Positions 18,894-29,100 of a stretch of DNA of 64,000 nucleotides are shown here, piece after piece. Numbering within the stretch: position 1 is the stretch's first letter; the number at the start of each line of letters is the position of its first letter. The notes beneath the pieces were generated by a model. The model ran no database searches. It was not told the origin of the DNA and saw only the letters and a program-made list of their open reading frames with translations. The DNA is from a virus (Duplodnaviria; Caudoviricetes), in IMG/VR virus record IMGVR_UViG_3300029297_000002, positions 5,586 through 69,585 of that record; one strand, written 5' to 3'. Both the position numbers and the translations under genes were made by a program.

Positions 18894-20384
18894 ATGGCAG
18901 ATTTTGATACAAACAAGCAACCGGGTTATCACATTCTTATTTCTTTAATTGAGGTGTGGACTCCGAAAGACAAGAAAAAACCCAATGGTGAGATTAGTGG
19001 GGACGTGATGCGTATCTGTGAAGTTGAAGAAGTGCAAATTGAAGAATCATTTAAGAAACTGATTGGCACTGCTTCAGTACGCTTTCCTCGTGGCACTATT
19101 ATTCGCAAGACTATTACAGCCAGAACTGCCGAAGAAGAAAAAGATTTTCAGAAAATTAGTGTCAATCTATCAAATAGCGGCGTGGTTGAAGAAACTCGTA
19201 CTGAAACCTCCGTTGCATCTGTTAATACATTCAAAATAGGTCAGCGTATTAAAATTTATCTGGGTTACACTACAGACCCACTGGTTGCAGAAATGGCCAA
19301 AACGGGGAATACTGGCAAAACAATTTATAATGATAATGACACGTATCAAGAGTATCTGTCGAATTTCAAAAATACTGGCCCGGACTCAAAAAAGTATATG
19401 AGTTTGATGTTTGATGGGTACATCACCAAGGTTAGTTTGGACACTCCTATTGAACTGGAGTGCGAGAACCTTGCCAGTTATCTAAAGACAGTTACTTGCC
19501 CGAAGGTTAAACTGAAGAAGTGTGAGGTGAAAGATTTTCTGAGCGACAAGGGACGATACAAGATGCTTCAGGACACCGGATTGATTTTACACCCAGACAC
19601 CGCAGGAATGGATTTTGACTTGGGAGCAGTAGAATTGAGCACCGAGTTAACTGTTGCGGATGTATTGACAGAATGGGCTAAGTATGGTATGTTCTGTTAT
19701 GTTAGTGATTACAATGGTCAGCCAGCTGTTCAAATAGGACGGGCGTATTTTTCAAATCCAGGGAGAGATTCATTATTGAACGCAATCACGGTTCCTGGTA
19801 TTGTACCTATCCATTTCGACTATCATGTTGCGGACAATGGACTGACATTGACTTCCTCTGATAAGGATTTCTTGGCTGTTAAGGCAAAGGGCATATCGTC
19901 CGATGATAAGTTTATTAACATCACAATATTAAGGAATACCAAGTACGACCCAGGTAAGCCGGAGTCTAAGAGTAATTCTCGTTATCGGTATGTCAATGAA
20001 ACAAAATTGAGCAAGAAGGCTTTGAAGGCAGGAAAACGGTATTTGACAGATGCACCTAACGACAAGGTTGATATGAAGCTCTATACTCAAATCGCTTTCG
20101 TATCAAAAAAAATCCCAACCACCGTTGAGAAATTGGCAGAAGAGGCAATTAAGTATTTTGAAGGTTACAATATGACTGGAATAGAGGGGGCGCTCACGTT
20201 ATTTGGTGACTTGCATATTCGGACCGCCCAACAAGTTCAGTTAATTGACAACAGATACCCCGGAAAGAATGGCATCTATTTAGTTGAGGAAGTTACTACA
20301 ACTTTCGGTACAAAGGATGGATTCCGTCAAAAAATCACATTGCCGTATTGCATTAAGAGAGAAGGTAACAACGACAAGAAATAA
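18894..20384 (+). CDS. Baseplate hub protein (Mu gp44/P2 gpD-like)
   Basis: GQRIKIYLGY, FDGYITKV..IELECE, GIYLVEEVTTTFG..GFRQKITL. Confidence 0.7.
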   Translation: MADFDTNKQPGYHILISLIEVWTPKDKKKPNGEISGDVMRICEVEEVQIEESFKKLIGTASVRFPRGTIIRKTITARTAEEEKDFQKISVNLSNSGVVEETRTETSVASVNTFKIGQRIKIYLGYTTDPLVAEMAKTGNTGKTIYNDNDTYQEYLSNFKNTGPDSKKYMSLMFDGYITKVSLDTPIELECENLASYLKTVTCPKVKLKKCEVKDFLSDKGRYKMLQDTGLILHPDTAGMDFDLGAVELSTELTVADVLTEWAKYGMFCYVSDYNGQPAVQIGRAYFSNPGRDSLLNAITVPGIVPIHFDYHVADNGLTLTSSDKDFLAVKAKGISSDDKFINITILRNTKYDPGKPESKSNSRYRYVNETKLSKKALKAGKRYLTDAPNDKVDMKLYTQIAFVSKKIPTTVEKLAEEAIKYFEGYNMTGIEGALTLFGDLHIRTAQQVQLIDNRYPGKNGIYLVEEVTTTFGTKDGFRQKITLPYCIKREGNNDKK

Positions 20385-20389
20385 TAATT

Positions 20390-21382
20390 ATGAGTAACAA
20401 TACCAAAAAACATTTGACAGACCATTCATCCAATGAGATGATACGCGAGGCTATACGCGCTATAGCTTTGAAAGGTGTTGTCAATAGTCAAACGGGGGCT
20501 GTTCGAGGTACATCTAAAGTTACTGGTTATGTTGCTAAGATACATTCCGATGAAAGCGATGAGTTATTTGGAACAATAGACGTGCAGGAATATGCAGATT
20601 GGTCAATTGCAGAGTCTGATGACGCTAAAATAGGCTACCATGAAGGTGTTTTACTGACCGCCATTCAGAAGGATAATCAAGGCTATATCATTATTCCTAA
20701 GCTGTATTCAGATGTCCTTGTCAGCAAAGACCCTGAAACCAATAATGAGTATGTCACGATGTTCTCTCACGTGAATCTTATCCAGCTCGATTCCCATGAA
20801 AAAATCATGGTGGGTGTGCGTGAGCGTGAGGAATATAAACCGGACGACGAAGATGCCCCAGATATACATGAGCTGGAGCTTACAGGCATACAGACAACCA
20901 CCGAATACACCAAAGATTTAGCTAAGACTATTGCTGTTACCGATGAAAATGCAGAACATGTGGCAACGCAAGTCATAGGAAATGACCCTGATGATGGCTT
21001 GGAAATCAAGCATGATGTTTCAGGAAAATCGACATCTACTATGACCGAAGATGACATAGTGTTGGAGCACGATAAAGCTAATGTCACTCTGGACGGCTCT
21101 CAGGCAAAAATGGAGATGGGTAAGTCTGCTGTAATAGCTGAAGACGGTACTGTGTATGTCGGCAGCAAAAGTGGTACTGATGATGCCGTTTTGGGTCAAC
21201 AGCTTGCTACAATCCTATCAGATTTGGTCGGCTATCTTGGCCAAATGATGACTCCGACAATGATGGGGCCGCAACCGCCGGCCAACGTCCTTGCGAATTT
21301 TATTGCACTGAAGGCAAAAATCCAATCGTTTGCATCCAGTCATAGTGGATTCTTAACAAAGAAGGTTCAAATTCAGAAATAG
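20390..21382 (+). CDS. Baseplate spike protein (gpV-like)
   Basis: N-terminal OB-like region (IIPKLYSDVLV), beta-rich middle, DAVLGQQL..TMMGP tip; follows the hub gene. Confidence 0.6.
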   Translation: MSNNTKKHLTDHSSNEMIREAIRAIALKGVVNSQTGAVRGTSKVTGYVAKIHSDESDELFGTIDVQEYADWSIAESDDAKIGYHEGVLLTAIQKDNQGYIIIPKLYSDVLVSKDPETNNEYVTMFSHVNLIQLDSHEKIMVGVREREEYKPDDEDAPDIHELELTGIQTTTEYTKDLAKTIAVTDENAEHVATQVIGNDPDDGLEIKHDVSGKSTSTMTEDDIVLEHDKANVTLDGSQAKMEMGKSAVIAEDGTVYVGSKSGTDDAVLGQQLATILSDLVGYLGQMMTPTMMGPQPPANVLANFIALKAKIQSFASSHSGFLTKKVQIQK

Positions 21383-21384
21383 TT

Positions 21385-23220
21385 ATGGCAGACGCACAAC
21401 TTAATTTTAACGAGGAAGAACTTGATAAAAAAAGTGACCTGTATCATTTATATGACAGGCTTTATCAGGGGATGGTAAAAGCAAATGAGATTGATCCTCC
21501 GGCTTTCCCATCTTCTGAAGATTTGCTCGTATTAGACGAAGAAGGCAATCCTGTTTTTGATTCTAATGGAGAGCCGGTGCTTGACCAAGAGAAAAAGGCA
21601 GAAGTGGATAAAGTCGCATCCGGCTATTCTACAATTCTGATGAAAAATTCGGCATACCTCTTTGCCAATTCTATTTTGTCCGTTTTGAGCGGAGGTGGAA
21701 GTGGTGGCGAAGGCGGCGATACCACAGGTTTTGTATCTCGTGGAGGCGACTCTATGAAGGGCGCATTGTCTGCATGGTACGGGTTCGATGCCGGTGTCAA
21801 TGGTCAGAAAATCTTTGAGGTATCTATTGATGCGGATGAGAAGAAATGGGCTATTGTGCATGGTGGATTGCAAGTTAAGGGCGATGCCAGCATTACAGGA
21901 ACATTAGACTTTGGCGATGGGATTTCATTTGGTGGTAATAAGTCCATTTATTTGGATAACAATGCTCTTGTCATAGAACGGCAAAGCATATCCATGAAAG
22001 GCGACATCGAAATTGACGGCACCTTCAAATTGGGCGATGTCCTTATCAATAAGGATGGCATTTTCTGGGACAAGTATGAGTTCTATCATTCGGGAAACTC
22101 GAATAAATCCGATGTGGACTGGACTATGAAAGATGCCAATGCGTATGGCAATCTGTCAGTCAAAGGCAATGCTTCAGTAGAGGGCGCTCTTGCCGTAAAT
22201 GATGGCTTTTCTTTGGGGGCATTAAAGAAACAACTCCTTTATTCTGAAAAGATAGACCAAATAGCAGAGGATGGCAGCGTTACTTCGATAGCTCGTACCG
22301 TACTTGATTCCGATTTGCGTATCATCAACGGGCATGGAATTAAATTCGACGAAGATTATATTATCAATGTACGCAATAACCAAGTGGTATCGTTTTCAGC
22401 TCCCGGAATGATAATGAACTTGGGTGATAGTGATAATGGCAAACAAACCAGTAAAATATCCCTACAGGCTGATATTTGGGATTATTCCAACAATTTTAAG
22501 CTTGTTTCAAAAGAAGGTGCTGGAAACTTTGTGAATGGATTGCGGACGCAGTGCGCTGTGAATGGGGCTTCTGTATTGGAAACATTTCGCACAGACGTAG
22601 ATAATTTAGGCGTTTTGTTTCCCAAGCAAATTCGCTTTGGCACTATCGAGGGGCCGGCGATTTATCAAGACCCCGTTACTGGCAAACTGAACATCCAGAT
22701 ACCCTATGTTAATGGTGAAGCAGAAGGACATCCGATTGAACAATTAAAGTTTGATACATTCTTTGCTCAGACCACTTCTCCTTTTAGAAACAAGGCATTA
22801 GACTGGTCTGCTACACTCCATTTTAATACTGATGGGGAATTTTTCGCCTTCGACAAACCGGTGGAAGCGGATTATTTTGCAATAAAAAGCGAGCAATATC
22901 ACACCAGACTGATTGAAGATGCTCTATTCTTTGATGACGGAAAGTTCATAGAAGGTGTAGTTGACGGTCTTCGATATTCTGGCAACGGCTACTTTGACGG
23001 CAGTGTTTCATCGCCCAGTTTTGCGAGTGGCTTTGCGGGTTATGGATGGGCAGTCAAAGATGAAGTAACAAATGGAGGCTTTCACGCCACCTTCGATTCT
23101 CTCACGGTTCGTAAGAAAATGAGAGTTTATGAGCTTGAAGTCCAAAAAATATCATGTACCAACGGGTCTTTTTGGGTCAGTGATTCTTGCTCAGGAGACG
23201 AAGTAATAGCGTTAGAGTAA
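21385..23220 (+). CDS. Tail/fibre structural protein
   Basis: Gly-rich beta repeats; FASGFAGYGW and DSLTVRKKMRVYEL near the C-terminus. Confidence 0.55.
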   Translation: MADAQLNFNEEELDKKSDLYHLYDRLYQGMVKANEIDPPAFPSSEDLLVLDEEGNPVFDSNGEPVLDQEKKAEVDKVASGYSTILMKNSAYLFANSILSVLSGGGSGGEGGDTTGFVSRGGDSMKGALSAWYGFDAGVNGQKIFEVSIDADEKKWAIVHGGLQVKGDASITGTLDFGDGISFGGNKSIYLDNNALVIERQSISMKGDIEIDGTFKLGDVLINKDGIFWDKYEFYHSGNSNKSDVDWTMKDANAYGNLSVKGNASVEGALAVNDGFSLGALKKQLLYSEKIDQIAEDGSVTSIARTVLDSDLRIINGHGIKFDEDYIINVRNNQVVSFSAPGMIMNLGDSDNGKQTSKISLQADIWDYSNNFKLVSKEGAGNFVNGLRTQCAVNGASVLETFRTDVDNLGVLFPKQIRFGTIEGPAIYQDPVTGKLNIQIPYVNGEAEGHPIEQLKFDTFFAQTTSPFRNKALDWSATLHFNTDGEFFAFDKPVEADYFAIKSEQYHTRLIEDALFFDDGKFIEGVVDGLRYSGNGYFDGSVSSPSFASGFAGYGWAVKDEVTNGGFHATFDSLTVRKKMRVYELEVQKISCTNGSFWVSDSCSGDEVIALE

Positions 23221-25748
23221 TGGCAGCACCGGTCAAACTGGGAAAATACCAAATACTGATAGCCCCGGATTCAAAGAAGGTTCAGGGTTTACGAACAGGC
23301 GATATTGTGCGTCGTCAATATTTTGATGGTGCCAATATCATCTATTCGCTTATGTGCGTATTGTCGTATGGCACGACAAAGCGGTTCTCCACTGAGGCGC
23401 AATACGATTCTAATGGAGAACCCATATTCAATGCAGATGGCACTATACTCACTCAAAATGTTGAACGAGACGTGCCTTATTTTATTGGGGCTCTGTTGGA
23501 AGGAGATGCGCCTAAAACCAACGAGCTGCTTGACTTTGCCAGAATTACTAATCTTTTCGACTCAGACCGGTCAGGTGCCTTGTATCTTACAGCATCGGAT
23601 GATAAAGCTCCGTTCATGGATGTCATTGATGGTCTTGGCCGAAACAAGAGTATATGCTGGCCGGAAAATATTGCCAGTGAAGCGTTTGAAGACCCACGCT
23701 CGCAATACATTGTAAAAGGAAGTGGTCTAACCGCACTTTTCAAAGGGAACGATAGTGGCCAAAATCGTATCGTGCGTTTAACTCGTAGTGCAGCAACGAC
23801 AGGATTCTGTGGGTTAAGCCAAGAATTTTATGAACTGGTTGCAGCCCAGAAGCGAGTGCTTGTTTCTTATAAGGCCAGAGCTAATAAAGCAGTAACTGTT
23901 AATGCTGAGATTGGGTATTCGGTTGCTAATGTAAAGGATGCAGAATGGACTGAAGATTTTGCCGAAGATTGGCATTATCACTTTCAGGCTATCAATGTTC
24001 TTAATTCAGGACGACACCTTCGTACATTCAGGCTGGATTTTCAGAGTTTGGGGGTAAATGATTGGGTAGAGATTGCTGATTTCAACATTATATTATTGGA
24101 TAGCATCTCTAATTTTGGCAGCGCCACTGCTATGCGTATCGGTAAACTTGAAGGAGTGAACGATCCAGTGTTTGGCACTCTTACTGGGTATGGTGCGTAT
24201 ATCCAAAAATTGTATGCTTCCCAGACCGCTCATATTTCAGGTACATTGACTGCCGGAGATGAAAATGGCTTTGCTTCCACATTCTATGCAGGTAAAATAC
24301 ACCGTAACTGTTTTAGAAATTCATGTGATGTTAATTTTCTGAGCAGTATTACTATTGACAATGACACGCTTTTGAACCCAACTGGTATGGGTAACGTGTA
24401 CAAAACAATGAACTCCAGTGAACTGATAATGTTTGCTCAAAGCAGAGAGTGGTTGAATACCCATGCAAAGGAGCGATATTGTTTTTCATTCTGGGGATAT
24501 GCTGGAAAACCGTGTCAGATTGGCATCAAACAAAACGGGAAAGTCATTGGCACACTTCAAATAGCATCAGATCAATGCCATGAGTGGCGTAGGCTTCATG
24601 TGTTCTTTGATTTACTGATTCCTGAAAAAGATACGGACGACTTGTTGCTTAGTCTGATTCCTACATTCACCAGCTCAATATATCAGTCTGTTGCCGGTAG
24701 TCTCAATCCTGATGAGCAAGTGTTGTACGTTACTGCACCTCAATTAGAAACTGGAGAGTATTGCACGCAATACCAGCCAACTGATGATATTTTGGATGAA
24801 ACCAATGACTATGGCGCATGGTTTTCGCGTGGTGGTATTGGAGGTACTATCCAAAATCCATTGCTTCGATTGAATTATGATGGAACCGGTGCTATTGACA
24901 CTCGTACCAATTCATTCAGACTGAATCAGGATGGCTCTGGTCATTTGGCTAATGAGAATATCAAATGGGACCATAATGGAAAAGTCACGTTTGGTAAAGA
25001 TGTAACACTTAATTGGGATAATTTATCTGATGATGCGCAGGATGAGATGGCAAATCGTTATATGCGTATTCTCGGACAAGACACCTTTACTATCATCGGA
25101 CAAGAGGATTCTACAAACGGTAAAACGTGTAGCCCATCATCCATTGTGATGTCGTTGGAGGAGGTTGGCTTTGCTTCATCGTCCAGCCAGCGTCAATGGT
25201 ATTTGTTAATCGGAGATGAATGGGTTGCAATACCTGGCGCAAATGGCAATGCACTGGAGGTATTTCCTGATTCTTGCTATTGGTATGGTTATGTTACTAC
25301 ACCGCCGGACACTGATGAGAATGGCGCCACTATCACATATCATGGCGAGAGTCGTGTGTCATTCAAATGCGAAATTAAATTGAATGATTCCAGAACATAC
25401 ACTGATACATTCAATATCATTAAGCAGTATGTTCAAGGATATACGGTTCAAATTACTTCATCTAAGGGTAACGCCTTTCAGAATGGGGTATGCGCAACCG
25501 TATTAACTGCTACTGTATATTATCAAGGTCAGCCGGTCAATTTGGAATATGCGTTGGAGCATTTTACGTTTGCTTGGCACCGTTATAATGTCAATGACTT
25601 AAATACAGACCTTGGCTTTGAGGATTTGGATGTTACGGATGGCAACAATGTACTAACACTAAATTACGAAATGGACGGTTCTGATCTTTTTGTATGCGAG
25701 ATTGGACTGGCAGATCATTTCGATTATTCATTCCCTATAATTTTCTGA
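23220..25748 (+). CDS. Tail structural protein with carbohydrate-binding-like/Ig-like domains
   Basis: Start reassigned to ATG 23220 (TAATG overlap with the upstream stop); CBM-like segments (YCFSFWG..EWRRLHVFF..APQLETG). Confidence 0.6.
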   Translation: MAAPVKLGKYQILIAPDSKKVQGLRTGDIVRRQYFDGANIIYSLMCVLSYGTTKRFSTEAQYDSNGEPIFNADGTILTQNVERDVPYFIGALLEGDAPKTNELLDFARITNLFDSDRSGALYLTASDDKAPFMDVIDGLGRNKSICWPENIASEAFEDPRSQYIVKGSGLTALFKGNDSGQNRIVRLTRSAATTGFCGLSQEFYELVAAQKRVLVSYKARANKAVTVNAEIGYSVANVKDAEWTEDFAEDWHYHFQAINVLNSGRHLRTFRLDFQSLGVNDWVEIADFNIILLDSISNFGSATAMRIGKLEGVNDPVFGTLTGYGAYIQKLYASQTAHISGTLTAGDENGFASTFYAGKIHRNCFRNSCDVNFLSSITIDNDTLLNPTGMGNVYKTMNSSELIMFAQSREWLNTHAKERYCFSFWGYAGKPCQIGIKQNGKVIGTLQIASDQCHEWRRLHVFFDLLIPEKDTDDLLLSLIPTFTSSIYQSVAGSLNPDEQVLYVTAPQLETGEYCTQYQPTDDILDETNDYGAWFSRGGIGGTIQNPLLRLNYDGTGAIDTRTNSFRLNQDGSGHLANENIKWDHNGKVTFGKDVTLNWDNLSDDAQDEMANRYMRILGQDTFTIIGQEDSTNGKTCSPSSIVMSLEEVGFASSSSQRQWYLLIGDEWVAIPGANGNALEVFPDSCYWYGYVTTPPDTDENGATITYHGESRVSFKCEIKLNDSRTYTDTFNIIKQYVQGYTVQITSSKGNAFQNGVCATVLTATVYYQGQPVNLEYALEHFTFAWHRYNVNDLNTDLGFEDLDVTDGNNVLTLNYEMDGSDLFVCEIGLADHFDYSFPIIF

Positions 25749-25752
25749 TAAT

Positions 25753-25974
25753 ATGGCTATAGAGAAACTGACAATAGGAATTAAGACTGCTAACCAAGGA
25801 GTTAATGCCAGTGGAAAACTTACAGCTGCTGAGTTTAATAAATTGGTTGAGAAAGTAAACGAAATGATTGCGTCGGTAAATTCCACTGTGTACATCACGC
25901 AAGAAGAATATGATGCTCTGTTGGAAAACAATCAGATTATTGATACTGTCGAATATAACATTTTTGAAGAATGA
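25753..25974 (+). CDS. Small tail-associated hypothetical protein
   Basis: 73 aa; GKLTAAEFNKLV, ITQEEYDAL. Confidence 0.65.
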   Translation: MAIEKLTIGIKTANQGVNASGKLTAAEFNKLVEKVNEMIASVNSTVYITQEEYDALLENNQIIDTVEYNIFEE

Positions 25975-26150
25975 TTATCAGAAACAAGTTAGAATTATCA
26001 GCCCGGTATTATGGCCGTCGTGCTATATCTGCAACTTATAAAGGTACTCGCCTGATATGGGAAGCCGTTAGCAACTGCTTAGCCGGTGGGTGGTGGCAAC
26101 ATGGGCATGGCTGGGATTATGGAACCGGCTGGGGTGCAAATCGCAAATAG
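25971..26150 (+). CDS. Small Trp/Gly-rich protein (59 aa, below ORF-track cutoff)
   Basis: ATGA overlap with the upstream stop; MIIRNKLELSARYYGRRAISATYKGTRLIWEAVSNCLAGGWWQHGHGWDYGTGWGANRK*; fills the gap before the DGR target. Confidence 0.7.
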   Translation: MIIRNKLELSARYYGRRAISATYKGTRLIWEAVSNCLAGGWWQHGHGWDYGTGWGANRK

Positions 26151-26171
26151 TATATTTTAATAATAATTTCT

Positions 26172-29100
26172 ATGGCAAAGAATACTGTAATTCGCAAAAC
26201 TTTGACCTCGCTAAAGGAACCTTGGTGCAATAAAGAACTGAGAGAAAGCGTGGACATTGAAGACATTGAAACCTTTCTGAAGAGCCAGCTCGGTTCTAAG
26301 ATAGGCTATCCAGTCATTCCACAAACTAAAGATACCGATGGTTATTATCATCTTTGGGGGTTTGCGGACAAGGCTGCTTATGATGATTATATGACCGATC
26401 CTGATTCTAATGCGGATTTGAGATTGGCTAATATAGCGATTCCGCTACTTGAAGAACAAGGTGGAATCAGCAATATCGTTAAGCTGACCAGAATCTCTTC
26501 AGGTTCGATTGTGACCAGTAAGCCAATTGCAAGTGTAGAAGTATCTTATCTGTGGCAGCAGTACAATCCTATCACTCAGGAAACAACGGACCAAGATGAA
26601 GATGCAACCATTGTTGTGTCTTGTCGTACACAGAACTCAAATGGAGCATGGGGTTCATGGGATTCCAGCAAGGAGTTTACTGTGAATATCCAATCCGGTC
26701 AGACCAAAGCGATTGACCTGAGTAAGCTCTTGACATCTGATGCTACATATCAGGTGCGCTTGGTTGCGACTGGTGAAACCAGTGGCATTTCTGCCAGTCC
26801 TGTTACAATGACAATCGTGTATTCTAATGTTGCCGCAAACTACGAAGGCTCTATTGCAACTGCTTATCAAGGCGCGAGTGTACAGTTACCCTTCCGTATT
26901 TCTGGTAGTGTACAGAAGCAGCTTCGTATCAAAATTAACGGTTACACGAAAAACTATACACTGGGCACTGCCACTTATATCGATAACACTTATGGTGCGG
27001 TGCTTAGTCAGGCTGAGTTTACGTTAGTGCGTGGGGCGGTAAAGGCAGAGGCATGGATTGCTTTTGGTGAGGGCTACACCGCAGAGACAGAACATCAAGA
27101 GTTCCAATTTATCTATATTCCAGAAGGAGATACTTCGACAACACCTATTCTGGCAGTTACGGATATTATGGAAGAGTTCCAGAACTGGACTCGTGCAACC
27201 ATATTCCGCTATGCTATTTACAATCCGGTTCAAAGTGAAACCCAACTGAATATAATTCTACAAGATAGAGATACAGGTCAAGCATATATCCAAAAGAGCC
27301 AGGTGTGTGTTAATGGTGAGGAATACGCCTTTGATGAGAACTTCTCTATGGAGTATGAAGGCGAGGAACAACCGAATATAATTCATGCTCAGGCTGTGTT
27401 TACCAATGCAGCAGGCGTAACATTTGGTAACAATATCAATTTTACTGTTGACAATTCAGAAAACTTTGCACCTACCAAGGGGGCAAATGTCGTAATTTCA
27501 GCAGAAAAGCAAAGCATTGTTATTGATGAGGTCAAGTATGAGTTGAGTGACTTGTTGTCTAATCCGAAAGACACTAATACAGGTTGGCTTAGTAATCTGG
27601 AATCAGATTCTACCGGAGCGCAAGTTAATGTCCCGGTTCTTAGTATTGGCGCTGGCAATCGTTTGACTGTACCGTATGAATTGTTTAATGAGAATACTGG
27701 TCAGAATATTAACGGTGTAGAGGGATCCATTACTATTGAGTTTGACCTTAAAGCCAAGAATATTGTGGGTGACGCGCCTATTATTGACGCCTCAGCCCCT
27801 TTCAGTCAGGCTTATACAGGATTGAAATTTTATCCTACGCGTGTAGTTTGCTTGAGTCGTAATAATTTTACGGAAGATATTTGCGATGCTCACTACCAAG
27901 AGGAAGTCCGTGAACATATTGCAATTAACATTATTCGTAATTTGCGTGGTGAGGGCATGAACCTTGTTCGTATCTATGTCAACGGTAAGTCCAATCGTTC
28001 ATTCATCTATACTGATGAGGACAGATTCACACCTATTGGCGTGGCTGGCGCACAGAACATTGTGATTGGCTCAGATGAAGCTGACGTTGATATTTATGGT
28101 GTTCGTATTTACAAAGGACAGCAGCTTGGTTCTACTCAGATTCAGAATGACTACATGGCTGGGATGCCAACCATTGAAGATAAAAAGTTGTTCAAGCGTT
28201 TCAATTCAATTTTTAATGGTACGGAGATTGGTTATGACTTGTGTAATGCTATGGGGCTCAACACGATTCTTCGTCGTATTCCAGAGGGCGGTCATTACCC
28301 TTCTCGCGAAAATCAAAGCAAGCAGAAAAATGTGGCTGTTGATGTTCGCATTTACACCGAGCGTGGCAATGCCGAAAGTCTTGACACTAAGCACTCTGGT
28401 ACGTTTACTGGTATGACTGATAAGGGGCAGGGAACTTCTGCTAAAGGTTATTATTGGTGGAACATTTCTGATGGTTTTGAAGACGATGAAGAAATCTCTG
28501 CTGATGAATATAACGCGAATGATCCGACTCACTATACAGAAGATGGGAAATACTATAAGAAAATATCGTATTTCAACTCATTGGATGGGGTAAGCCAAGT
28601 GTATGCTTCCAAGTATGAGTTGGAAGAGGGTCGTGGCGGTATCACGAAATTGGTTGGTAAGTGCAACTATGCTTCTCCGATGCAGAGCCATAAGCTTGGT
28701 GCGATTTGGGCTTATGATGAGCTTTGGCAGTCGCTCGTCAATAATGGAAGCGATGGTCGTCCGGTGCTTCAGGACACCCATGCTTGTTGTTACGAAAAGC
28801 CGTTCCTTGCTTTTTATCAAATAGGCAATGGTAATCCTGTGTTTTGTGGTTTCCAGACTTGGGGTAGCGGTAAAGGCGATAAGAAAACATTTGGTTACGA
28901 TAAAAAGAAAAGCCCTGACTATCTCTGTGTTTCTGGAGCCGATAATGGTGCTATTGCAGCACTTTTCCAAATGCCTTGGATTGTCAATAAAAACACACAG
29001 GGCGCATGGGAAGGGAATATCTATGCTAAGAGCGTAACTATCAATACTGGCGATATTAAAAACGGCTACTGTTATAAGAGTGGTAATAGTGATACACTTG

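Noticed and set aside
23161-23222. Frameshift fusion of the 611-aa and 853-aa tail ORFs
   Set aside because: There is no valid slippery heptamer in the short overlap, and the -1 frame has a TGA at 23181. A simple TAATG coupling explains the junction.
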